From positions 127,534,001 to 127,598,000 of the forward strand of contig OX597814.1 of NCBI GenBank assembly GCA_951406725.2: a stretch of 64,000 nucleotides of DNA, in the 5' to 3' direction. Origin of the DNA: Octopus vulgaris (taxonomy: Eukaryota). The position numbers and the translations under genes were made by a program. Below are positions 13,258 through 24,344 of this stretch, in pieces (positions within the stretch are counted from its first letter, which is position 1; every line of letters starts with the position of its first letter). The notes under the pieces were generated by a model. That model was given only the letters and a program-made list of their open reading frames with translations. It had not been told where the DNA came from and searched no databases.

Positions 13258-13622
13258 TACTTTTCACTCCCTATCAAGCATAGGCCATTGACAATTGTAC
13301 CCCATTTTACTTGAATCTGAGCTATTAGAAACATTCCCTCAGTATGAGGTGGGAGGCACCGTATGTTTTTTTTCGTAAGGGACAGCTTTCCTCTTCCAAG
13401 TCTTACTGGTTTTGAAATTCCATCAATGCTTTTTTTTTCTAGGTAGAGGTGTCAGTGCTACACAAACTCATTTTTTTATGTCAGGGAAAAAAAGGTTTAT
13501 ATATTAATTTGGTCTCTCTCCTTTGACCTGTCCAGCATGGTAGGCCCTACCATGAGCTTGTGCTCCACTGGCATAGCTCTCAAAGTCATTTAGGCATGCA
13601 AGTCAACACACCACAACAAGGA
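13258..13622 (-). mobile_element. Bipartite non-autonomous RTE derivative (RTE 5'-UTR motif plus RTE 3' tail)
   Basis: Minus strand CCTTGTTGTGGTGTG...AATGACTTTGAGAGCTATGCCAG...GGACAGGTCAAAGGAGAGAG resembles the conserved RTE/BovB 5' UTR as I recall it. Related copy at ~30690-31027. Confidence 0.55.
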
Positions 13623-13895
13623 CTGAACCTTGTGACAGAAGTAGGTACCATACAGTGGCACAATTCCCCACTGTATCTAATATACTAAATGTAAGTAGGT
13701 GTAGTCTCCTACTCTAAATAGTTTTGTACAAACAATTAGATGCCATACAGAGTTACAGCCACTTCTGATGGCACATCAACCATGATCAGTAGATACTAAG
13801 GTCTTGCTGTTTTCCAAAGGAAAACTCTTAGTACATTGTGATTTACACATGAGACCATAACACTCAATGGAGAACTTTACACTGTTTTAAATCAG

Positions 13896-13973
13896 TAACA
13901 CCAATGAAGGAAGTTCTGAACAACTTTATCATACTGTAGTAAGGTGGATATCTCATGAAGATGACTTACAAAT
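13896..13973 (+). other. Candidate isolated 78-nt exon
   Basis: TTTTAAATCAG acceptor, GTAAGT donor, open frame NTNEGSSEQLYHTVVRWISHEDDLQ with loose similarity to BACK-domain EqlyxavlrWixHd. No neighbouring exons confirmed. Confidence 0.25.
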
Positions 13974-14267
13974 GTAAGTTGAACTTTTTGATTCAACTGG
14001 TGAGTTCCTAAATAATGTTTTACTTCATTGATTTATATTCTACATCTAATGAAGGGCAAATATGAATACAAAGTAAATATCATCTGCCTCCTCTGCCACT
14101 GCCGCCACTTTCATGGGTCATAAAGAATTTATTGAAGCAGATTTTCTATGTCACCAATCCTCACCTGTTTGTAAGAGTTGTAAGAGGATATCTATGGATA
14201 GCTGCTTTGAAACATCCAGCTTCTATATCCGGACTATGAATTCATATTCATACCTCCAGCTTCTGTA

Positions 14268-16727
14268 TCATCATCATCATTTAGCGTCCGCTTTCCATGC
14301 TAGCATGGGTTGGACGGTTCAACTGGGGTCTGTGAAGCCAGAAGGCTGCATCAGGCCCAGTCTGATCTGGCAGTGTTTCTATGGTTGGATGCCCTTCCTA
14401 ACGCCAACCACTCCGTGAGTGTAGTGGGTGCTTTTTACGTGCCACCCGCACAGGTGCCAGACGGAGCTGGCAAATGGCCACGGACGGATGGTGCTTTTTA
14501 CGTGCCACCGGCACGGGGGCCAGGCGAGGCTGGCAATGGCCACGATCGGATGGTGCATTTTACGTGCCAGGCAAGGCTGGCAATGGCCATGAACGGATGG
14601 TGCTACGTGCCACCGGCACGGAGGCCAGGTGAGGCTGGAAACGGCCACAAATGGATGGTGCTTTTTACGTGCCACCGGCACGGAGGCCAGTCGGGGTGGC
14701 GCTGGCCACGGCCATGATCGGATGGTTCGCTTACTTGTCACCGGCACTGGTATCACAGCTGCAATTTCCATTGATGTTGATCGACTTCGATTTTGGTTCT
14801 GCTTTCTGATATCTGATTTGATTTGGTTTGATTTTGATTTTGATTTTCACTTGCCTCAACGGGTCTTCACAAGTGGAGTTTTGTGTCCCAAGACGGAAAG
14901 GTATGTATAAGTCGACTGGCTACATACCAGGTAGAGGCCACAGGTTATGGTCTCACTAGTCTTGCCGGGTCTTCTCATGCACAGCATACTTCCATAGGTC
15001 TTGGTCTCTAGTCATTTCCTTGGTGAGACCTAAAGTTCGAAGGTCGTGCTTCACCACCTCGTCCCAGGTTTTCCTGGGTCTACCTCTTCCACAGGTTCCC
15101 TCAACTGCTAGGGTGTGACACTTTTGCACACAACTATCTTCAGCCATTCTCGTCACATGACCATACCAGCGCAAACGTCTCTCTTGCACACCACAACTGG
15201 TGCTTCTTAGGTCCAACTTTTCTCTCAAGGTACTTACACTCTGTCGATTATGAACACTGACATTACACATCCATCGGAGCATACTGGCTTCATTTCTTGC
15301 AAGCTTACGCATATCCTCAGCAGTCACAGCCCATGTTTCACTACCATGTAGCGTGGCTGTATGTACACATGCATCATACAGTCTGCCTTTTACTCTGAGC
15401 GAGAGGCCTTTTGTCACCAGCAGGGGTAAGAGCTCTCTAAACTTTGCCCAGGCTATTCTTACTCTAGCAGTTACACTTTCAGCACACCCACCCCTGCTAC
15501 TGACTTGGTCACCTAGGTAGCGGAAGCTTTCAACTACTTCTAGTTTTTCTCCCTGGAACGTGGTAGAAGTTGGTCTCAAAGCATTTTCAGTGTTTATTGC
15601 TCCTGAGCATCTGCCACAGACAAAAACTATTTTCCTAGTTAGCCTTCCTTTGACATTGCTACACCTCTTATATGTCCATAGCTTACACTTGGTGCACCTT
15701 ATAGAGTTTCTACCTATGCCTTTTTTACAGATCGAGCAGGGCCATCTACCTGAAGGCGTTTGTGATTGGTCTACCTTCCTACTTATTAGGACTTTGGTTT
15801 TGGCTAGGTTGATTCTAAGGGCTTCGATTCTAAACCTTGCTTCCACACCTAAAACTTCTCCTCCAGTTCTGATAGTGACTCAGCAATTAGAGCAAGGTCA
15901 TCAGCATAGAGGAGCTCCCAGGGGCATCCTGTCTTGAATTCCTCCATTATTGCTTGGAGGACTATGATAAATAGGAGGGGACTGAGGACTGAACCTTGGT
16001 GGACCCCAACCTCTACCTGGAATTCTTCACTGTACTCGTTGCCAACCCTCACCTTACTAGCAGCGTCTCTGTACATGGCTCACACAGCTCTCACTAACCA
16101 TTCATCTATCCCTAGTTTCCTCATTGACCACCAGATAAGGGATTGGGGGACCCTGTCGAAGGCTTTCTCCATGTCAACAAAAGCCAGGTACAGGGGCTTA
16201 TCTTTGGCTAGGTATTTCTCCTGCAGCTGTCTTACCAGGAATATAGCATCAGTAGTATTTTTCCCTGGCACGAACCCAAACTGCATCTCATCTAAGCTAA
16301 CTCTCTCTCTAATTAGTTGGGTTATAACCCTCTCCATAACCTTCATTACCTGATCCAGCAGCTTGATACCCCTGTAGTTATTTGTATCTAGGGCGTCACC
16401 TTTACCTTTGTAGCAGTTGACTATTATGCTGCTACACCAGTCATTGGGTATGACTCCTTCGTGTATCACCTGGTTAACTATACGGGTGACTAGGCTATAG
16501 CCGACACTGCCAGATATTTTGAGCATCTCTGCAGTAATTTCTGATGGGCCTGGGGCTTTCCCTGTTTTCATGCTTGTAATTGCCTTAACTACTAAGGAAC
16601 TGTCAACTCGGATTGCTGGTCCTTCTGTTGGGTCGACATTCGGCAGACTCTCTTTATCCCATTCATTTTCCTCATTCAGCAACCTTTCATAGTGGCATCT
16701 CCAAACCTTTCTCTTTGCATCCTCATT
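14268..16727 (-). mobile_element. RTE-clade LINE, 5'-truncated (RT through 3' UTR)
   Basis: RT ORF at 16727-14956, ~690 bp 3' UTR with tandem hairpin units, (GAT)n tail at 14268-14280. Confidence 0.93.
14956..16727 (-). pseudogene. RTE reverse transcriptase ORF (two nonsense codons plus a frameshift; no endonuclease domain)
   Basis: KAPGPSEI, NYRGIKLL, QFGFVPG, AFVDMEKAFDRV, GVHQGSVLSPLLF, LLYADDL, a PHD-like CxxC...CxxC insert, FRYLGD, LRWYGHV, GRGRPRKTW. Confidence 0.93.
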
Positions 16728-17119
16728 AACTACATCCCAAAGATGGAGCCTTGTATCTTTGTTGGAAACCAGTTCCCTCCTCAGTGGAGGATTTACAATA
16801 ACTAGAAAATAAAAGAGACATACATGCATGCATGCTTCTTTCAGTTTCTGTTCACCCAATCTACTCAAAAGCATTGACTTGAACAAAGCCATCACTGAAA
16901 ACATATGCCCAAGGTGCCATGCCATGGGACTGAACTCAAAACCACATAGTTGGTATGCATCAGTTTAATTCAAGCTTGAACTCTTATTTTAGGATTTCAA
17001 ATAGATTGGTGTGCATAAATCTTTTTTTTTTTTTTAGGTAACAGGAAATTTCAATATCTTTTGAACTTGACATGACTAGATTAAGAAACAGATAAAAATA
17101 TTTCAGATGTTTTATGTCA

Positions 17120-17450
17120 GGAGAGCCATTATGCCAAAATAAGCACATGTATTGGTTCTATTTCACTTCTTTATTTGTATTTGTCAATTAATTAACTATC
17201 TAATCAATTAACTAATTGATTGTCTGATTAATCATTCAGTCAGTTACTCAATCAACTACGTTTGTCAAAGTCTTTTCACCGCTATTCATGATCTGATGAA
17301 AGACAGGCTCTCTCTACTCCTGAAAAACCTAGCTGGTTGATTGACTGATCAAACGATTAATCAAACAATCAATTAGTTAACTGATTGATTATAATAAAAG
17401 AAGTGAAACAGAACCAGTGTGTGTGTTTATTATTAACATAATGACCCTCC
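17120..17450. repeat. Fold-back element with ~140-bp imperfect inverted arms (MITE-like)
   Basis: GGAGAGCCATTATG...TGGTTCTATTTCACTTCTTT...TTAACTAATTGATTGTCTGATTAATC versus GATTAATCAAACAATCAATTAGTTAA...AAAGAAGTGAAACAGAACCA...CATAATGACCCTCC. Confidence 0.75.
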
Positions 17451-17509
17451 CAAAATACAATAGAATATGTTTCAACACATGAGTTCGCATCAAGAATTTT
17501 GCAAACCAA

Positions 17510-17930
17510 ATACAAAAACCAAAATGTCTTAGATGTCATCAGTACAACCCACCTTCAATACTTGAAGGGGTATTTTAAAGTTTATTTTGAGGGTCTTACA
17601 AATATGAAAATTCCTGCTGAGATTGTTTCTCCATTCTATACAGAAAGAGAAAATGCAGATGTTGAGAGTAACTTATTAGAGGAATTGAATTAAATGAATG
17701 TAAGTCTTGAGGCAAAACTATTGTTCAAATATGAAGGCTTTAGTGATTTCTAGAGCAATGAAAACACTGCAATCAAATATCCAAATCTTGTGGCAGCTGC
17801 TGGCATATATTTATTTGCATTTTCCAGTTCTTATCTGGCTGAAACTGGATTTAGCTACATAAATGCACTGTTGAATATACAAGGCAATATCAATGAACGC
17901 ACTGACCTACCACTCAGACTCATGAATTTT
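17510..17930 (+). pseudogene. hAT (Buster/Charlie-like) transposase C-terminal remnant
   Basis: HLQYLKGYFKVYF...IVSPF...DF*SNENTAIKYPNLVAAAGIYLFAFSSSYLAETGFSYIN...DLPLRLMNF, the hAT dimerisation-domain pattern. Confidence 0.75.
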
Positions 17931-18193
17931 TATTTTGTTATGATATTCATGCTATTGTTAGTGGTCATCAGGCTGATCCATCTCAGTAAGAACGTGAATG
18001 GAATGTAAACTTCTATTAAAATGTATTCTCCTGTCTCTTTATGCTTTCTTATTTATCTCTACAGCATTAGTAAGGTAACCTGTCTGATCGTATTTTTTTC
18101 TCAGTTGTTCTTGGTATTTTTTTTTTTTTTTTTTTTTATTGAGTATACTGTGTCTGCAAAGATATTACTTTTGTTTCTTATTTATCTTAAGTA

Positions 18194-19410
18194 TCAGGTC
18201 ATCCCATAAGTTCTGTCCGAATTTTGAATAAAGAAAACAAGTGATAAAATGTTATATTTAATTGAAATTTAATCATCAATGTACTTTCCCTGATTAACTA
18301 CGACTTCCTTCCATCTGTTTACAAGCTTTTTAATCCCATCAATGTAAAACTCTTTTGGTTTCAAAGCGAAGAACTCTGAAATGTCAGTTTCGACCTCCTC
18401 CTGGCTTGCGAAAGTTATGTCCCCCAAATGATTCTGTAAACTACGAAACAAATGGTAATCTGAAGGAGCAAAGTCGGGAGAATAAGGTGGATGAGGAATT
18501 TTTTCCCAACCAAGCTCTTCGATCTTCTGTGATGTGATCTTTGCAGTGTGGGGTCGCGCATTGTCCTGATGAAACATCACTCCTTTTCAATTCACTAAAG
18601 TGGGTCTTTTTTTCTTCAAAAAGCTTGGTTCAAACGCTCTAATTGCTGATAGTAGAATTGAGCATTGATTGTTGTATTAGGTGGTAACAATTCAAAGTGA
18701 ATTACTCTTTTGCAATCCTATCAGATAGAGAGAACCTCTTTTCCATGAAGCTCCCTTCTTGGTTGTGGTTGAGCATTTTCCCTTTTACCAAGCCACTGTT
18801 TACGACGTTTAACATTTTGATAGAAGATCCATTTTTTACATCACCAGTCACAAGTCTATCCAAAAAGGGTGAAATGAGTTTGCAAGAATGGAGAGAAGCG
18901 CAGATGTCAACTCAGGATTTGCGGTTGCTTTCGGACAATTCATGAGGCACCCATTTTCCAAGTTTAGGAATCTTTCCAAGTTGTTGAAGATGACGATGAA
19001 CAGTTGTATGGTTTGAACTAAGCTTTATTGCCAATTCATCAACTGATAATACAGGATTTTCTTCAAGTAATGCCTCAAGGAGCTTATCATCAAACTCAAC
19101 TGGACGACCTGTTCGATCGTTATCTTCAAGGCTGAAATCTCCAGCATTCTTTCCTGAGTGTTATGTTTTGAATCACTTCGGCTGCAGAGTTTCCTTTTTT
19201 GTACTCATAAAGCATTATGTGCCTTAAATGCTCTTTGGACACTTCCATGTTAGAAAGGGTTTTAATCAAAGAAATTTTAATTCTATTATTCTGTAAAACA
19301 ATATTTAATTAGTTTAAATTAGTTTAAATGTACACAAATGCGTAAAAATAATTTTTAGTTCCATTAGACATTCTAAAATACTATTAAATTTCATTCCATT
19401 TTAAAAAAGT
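18194..19410 (-). mobile_element. Mariner family 2, near full length, lacking its 5' TIR; transposase pseudogene 19248-18269
   Basis: TA plus TCAGGTCATCCCATAAGTTCTGTCCGA TIR. Motifs GKWVPHEL, MFHQDNARPH, PPYSPDFAPSDYHLFRSL. Confidence 0.92.
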
Positions 19411-19699
19411 TGATAAACTAGAGCTATCTACAAATTATAATCCATTAATAATCATCTTCTATTCAGATATAATTAAACTAGAAATACCAAAAAGGTATTT
19501 TATTTTAAAAATATAGAGAAGACCTAAATTAAGTTTATTCACCTATCTGAGAGTTTAGTATAATAGATTATCAAATGTTATTAGTGGTAAAATACAATCT
19601 GCCAACAATTCATATGATAAACATTTCGTCACATGCTAGAAATTAAAGAGGGATGACTTATTTGAAATATGCTTTATATCGTTAAAATTACTAATCTCT

Positions 19700-19915
19700 A
19701 AGGCAGCAAGCTGGAAGAATCATTAGCAAGCTGGTCAAAGTGCTGAGTGGCATTTCATCAATCTTCACATTCTTAGTTCAAATGCCACCAAGGTTGACTT
19801 TGCCTTTCATCCTTTCAGGGTTGATAAAATAAGTACCTGTTGAACACTGGGGTTGATGTAATTGACCTATCCCCTTCCACGAAATTGCTGAACTTGGGCC
19901 AAAGTTTGAAATCAA
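19700..19915 (+). mobile_element. tRNA SINE family B (Meta-domain-like)
   Basis: GGCAGCAAGCTGGAAGAATCATTAGC head and GACTTTGCCTTTCATCCTTTCAGGGTTGATAAAATAAGTACC core. About 12 copies in the window (e.g. 7495-7710, 26895-27120, 35470-35680, 36020-36190, 49688-49900, 59822-60040). Confidence 0.75.
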
Positions 19916-20064
19916 TATTACTCATCTTTGATTGCAGTATAAACCTTACATTAATGATCCACCTCTGATTTTTCAAAATAAAAGTTTAACACTTGAAATA
20001 TTTGTTTGTCATACTTCATTGATAATAAAAATATTTTAAAAATGAGTTTCAAATACCATACATT

Positions 20065-20480
20065 CATCATATCATTATCATCATCATTTAATGTCTGCTT
20101 TCCATGCTAGCATGGGTTGGATGATTTGACTAAGGACTGGTGAACCAGGTGGCTGCACCAGGCTCCAATCTTGATCTGGCAGAGTTTCTACAGTTGGATG
20201 CCCTTCCTAATGCCAACCACTCTGTAAGTGTAGTGGGTGCTTTTATGTGCCACCGGCACGAGGGCCAGTCAGGCGGTACTAGCAACGGCCACGCTCAAAT
20301 GGTGTTTTTTACGTGCCACCTGCACAGGAGCCAGTCCAGCGGCACTGGCAACAACCTCGCTTGAATGTTTTTTTCATGTTCCACTGGCACACAAGTGCCA
20401 GTAAGGCGACACTGGTAAAGATTACACTTGAATGGTGCTTTTTATGTGCTACCAGCATGGAAGCCAGTTAGCCGCTCAGG
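20065..20480 (-). mobile_element. RTE 3' UTR copy
   Basis: Co-linear with 323-730. Confidence 0.8.
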
Positions 20481-20839
20481 CATTATTTTTAGTATTTGAA
20501 ATAGGCTATCATTCATATTAAATACATTTTTCAAATGAACACATCATATAAACCTTCTTTTAACTCTGCTAAACTATGAGATTACAATACTATTTTCCTG
20601 AGTGTATGATTGGAGGTCAATGAAGGCTCAATAAATCTGAGATGTGGTCAACTGATTTAAAGTTTAAGAACCTCTGATCTCAGCCCTTTCGTTTCTTTTT
20701 CTCTTATCTCATCAAAAACCCTCCCTTCTCAACTGTCTCCTATTAAAATCTAAATTTTCTCATTTGCCTCTTTCTATCACATCTCTGCATCAAGACCTTC
20801 TCTACCTTTTTCCTGTTTTCTCTTTACTTCTTTCATCTT

Positions 20840-21850
20840 TTTCTATTCATCTCCACATCTAGGTCACTAATCTTCGTGTCTCACCTTTACATCTAGACTC
20901 TTTCAAGGCACTTCTTGTATTATTCTCTACAGCTAGGCTCTTTTATCTTTTAACTTTCTCATTTCTATGCCTTGATTTTTCTCTAGTTTCTTTATGTACT
21001 ATCTCTACATCTTGACTCTCTTTAGCTTCTTCCAGTTTCATCTCTACAGTTAGACCTTCCCTTATTTTTCTTACCTAATCTTAATATCTCAGACCACTCC
21101 AGATCTTTCCTGTCCCATATCTATTGCTAGGTTCTCTCTAGCTTCATCACTAACCTAGATTTTCTCAAGCCTTTCCAGTCTCACCTCTATATCTTTCTCT
21201 CACTTTATATTCTTCTTGCTTTATATCTCAGCTCTCTCTATTCTTCCCCAACCTCTTCTTATGTCATCTCTACAATCAGGTCATCTGTAGCCTCTTGCTG
21301 CATACCTATTTCTTTACTACCCACAAGGGGCTAAACATAGAAGGGACAAGCAAGGACAGACAAAGGTATTAAGTCGATTATTTCGACCCCAGTGCGTAAC
21401 TGGTACTTAATTTATCGACCTCGAAAAGATGAAAGGCAAAGTCGACCTTGGCGGAATTCGAACTCACAACGTAATGGCAGACGAAATACTGCTAAGCATT
21501 TTGCCCGGTGTGCTAACGTTTCTGCCAGCTCGCCACCTTAGCTCTTGCAGCTCTTGCTGTATACCTACTTCTAAGACCTCTTTAGGTTCTTATCTCTTCC
21601 AGTCTCTTCTCTATGCCTAGTACTTCCTTGCCTTTTCTTATCACTACATCTAGACCCTCCTTAGCTTCTTTTCATGTCATAACTACCACTAGGTTCTCTC
21701 TAGCTTTTCCATAACTCATTTATAACATATGGATCTATTTTTAGTCCCTTCTTAACTTGTATTAGCATCTAGGCTCCCTTAAGACTGTTCTTGCTTCTTT
21801 TTGCCTCATCTCTACATCTAGACTTTCTCTAGCCTCTTCACGTCTTATCT
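20840..21850 (+). repeat. Degenerate pyrimidine-rich minisatellite (~35-40 bp unit)
   Basis: Recurrent (C/T)ATCTCTACATCTAGAC...TCTAGC(C/T)TCTT motif, interrupted by a SINE at 21309-21540. Confidence 0.55.
21309..21540 (-). mobile_element. SINE family B, young copy with TSD
   Basis: Full head and tail. Duplicated target CTCTTGCTG(C/T)ATACCTA at 21292-21308 and 21551-21567. Confidence 0.8.
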
Positions 21851-22149
21851 GTACTTTTTGTTCCTCCAACCATCCTGTCTCTTCCTTTTCCACACCCATA
21901 ATTTCATACATCCTCCATCATAATTTTGTACATCCTCCCTCACCAATGACATCTGACAATCTCTCAGGCAAAAACAACTTATGTTTTTCATTCTCTCATA
22001 ATTGAAACTCAATATTCGGAGGAATCAATACAGTACACAGCTGCTACCGAAATGTGTTTTAGATGAATTTCTGTATAGATTCTTAGGGAAGATAAATGTG
22101 TTACTATATTTACAATCATGATATATATAGGCATGTGTGTGCATGCACA

Positions 22150-22151
22150 GT

Positions 22152-22187
<36 letters not shown>

Positions 22188-22240
22188 GCACACACATACA
22201 TACATAAATACATACATACATGCATGCATGCATGCATGCA

Positions 22241-22276
<36 letters not shown>

Positions 22277-22361
22277 TATAGCACACACATACATACATAC
22301 ATGCATGCATGCATGCATGCATACATACATACATACATACATACATACATACATACATACA

Positions 22362-22393
<32 letters not shown>

Positions 22394-22420
22394 CATACAT
22401 ACATACATGTATATATATAC
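22150..22420. repeat. (TACA)n/(CATG)n/(TA)n compound microsatellite with an internal ~90-bp duplication
   Basis: TATATAGCACACACATACATACATA...CATGCATGCATG block occurs twice. Confidence 0.85.
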
Positions 22421-22909
22421 TACAGAATGTACGGAATTGAGTTTCTTTTTCTTTTTTGTCCTTAAAAAATTTGAAGTAAATGGAAGTTATTGTTTCTAAG
22501 AAAGAACAACCAAGAAAAAAATAATAAGAGGAATAAGAAAATATACTCTACAATATGCAAATGTTGTTTATTTTCTCTTACGCTTATTACTAAAAATGTC
22601 CTTAATTATAGCATTTTTGGTCAAAATTCTTGAATGTTCTTCAAACATATTGTAATGACTTCATACTTTTTTTGAGAGCAATATAATATTGAGTGTGAAC
22701 AAATTACAGAAAAACTCTGGTGGGAAATCAATGACATCTGGAAGCTGTGAATCACAAGTGTGTATGTGCACATGTGTTCTGATAGAAGATACTTGCTTAA
22801 GGTTCAGTCAACACAGCAGCATCTTGGGCAACCATCTTCTAATATAGCCCCTTGTAGACCAAAGCTTTGTGAATGGACTTTGTTGGCAGAAACTGAAAGA
22901 AAGCCATTA

Positions 22910-23880
22910 CATGTGTGTGTGTGTATGTGTGTGTGAGCATGTGCACATGTGTGTTTACATGTATATATGCACTTGTGTGTGCTTGTGTGTATGTGCATGT
23001 ATGAGTGAGTGTGTGTGTATACATATATGTGTGTATGCATATGTGTGTGTGTATGTACATGAATGTACATGCATATGTGCATACTTGAACGTATGTATGT
23101 GTATGTACGTGTACATCTGTGTGTGTGTGTATATGCATATGTGTTTGTGTGTGCATGTGTGTGTGTGTAAACATGTGTTTACATGTATATATGCACTTGC
23201 GTGTGTTTGTGTGTATGTGCATGTATGAGCGAGTGTGTGTGTATACATATATGTGTGTGTGTATGCATATGTGTGTGTGTATGTGCATGAGTGTACATGC
23301 GTATGTGCATACTTGAACGTATGTATGTGTATGTACATGTACATCTGTGTGTGTGTGTATATGCATATGTGTTTGTGTGTGCATGTGTGTGTGTGTAAAC
23401 ATGTGTTTACATGTATATATGCACTCGTGTGTGTTTGTGTGTATGTGCATGTATGAGCGAGTGTGTGTGTATACATATATGTGTGTGTGTATGCATATGT
23501 GTGTGTGTATGTGCATGAGTGTATATGTGTATGTGCATACCTGAATGTATGTATGTGTATGTACGTGCACATCTGTGTGTGTGTGTGTGTATGCATATGT
23601 GTGTGTGTATGCATATGTGCTTGTGTGTGCATGAGTGTGTGTGTGTATGTGCACACATGTGTTTACATGTATATATGCACTTGTGTGTGCTCGTGTGTAT
23701 GTGCATGTATGAGCGAGTGTGTGTGTATGCATATGTGTGTGTATGCATGTGTGTGTGTGTATGCACATGAGTGTATATGTGTATGTGCATACCTGAACAT
23801 ATGCATGTGTATGTACGTGTACATCTGTGTGTGTGTGTATATGCATATGTGTTTGTGTGTGCATGTGTGTGTGTGTACAT
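22910..23880. repeat. Higher-order tandem repeat (4 units of ~224-256 bp) built from TG/TA/CA dinucleotides
   Basis: Marker GTGTTTACATGTATATATGCAC at 22951, 23175, 23403 and 23659. Confidence 0.85.
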
Positions 23881-24344
23881 GTTACCTTGTCTTAACATCA
23901 TATGGTAATTGTAAACAAACTTCACCATCATACAGGCAGTGTTATTTCTTGGCAATCTTCTGTGAAAACACACCCAGTCATTGTGTTGATCATGTCAAAA
24001 GAAGTAAGGGAAATATTACCTAGTATGGAAATAGAAGGAAATTGGTGGCTGGAAGATTATCTGGATGTAGAAAATTGTAGAAAATCTGCCTCAAAAAAAT
24101 TTCATCAGACCCATTGCATCCAAGCCAAATGACACATACAAGCACCATTTTATAGGAATAGCAGGTCTTAATAAGAAATGACTTGTCCAACTTATGCTAG
24201 CAAGGAAAGCAGACATAAATAGTGGTGGTGGCAGTAGCGGTGGTGGCGGCAGTGGTGGCGGTGGTGGCAGTGGTGGTGGTCGTGGTTGTGGTCGTGTCAT
24301 CTTCGTGGTCATCGTCATCGTCATCGTCGTCATCATCATCAAGT

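Noticed and set aside
14425-14760. CRISPR-like repeat-spacer appearance
   Set aside because: The 'spacers' are homologous to each other, the array is part of a LINE 3' UTR, the context is eukaryotic, and there are no cas genes.
16730-16925. N-terminal part of the 281-aa ORF as part of the RT protein
   Set aside because: Chance read-through into an R4-like UTR and a SINE fragment; RTE homology starts near 16727.
22009-24023. Long ORFs up to 341 aa rich in H/T/Y or C/V/M
   Set aside because: Translations of stop-poor dinucleotide and tetranucleotide repeats in all frames; no coding signal.
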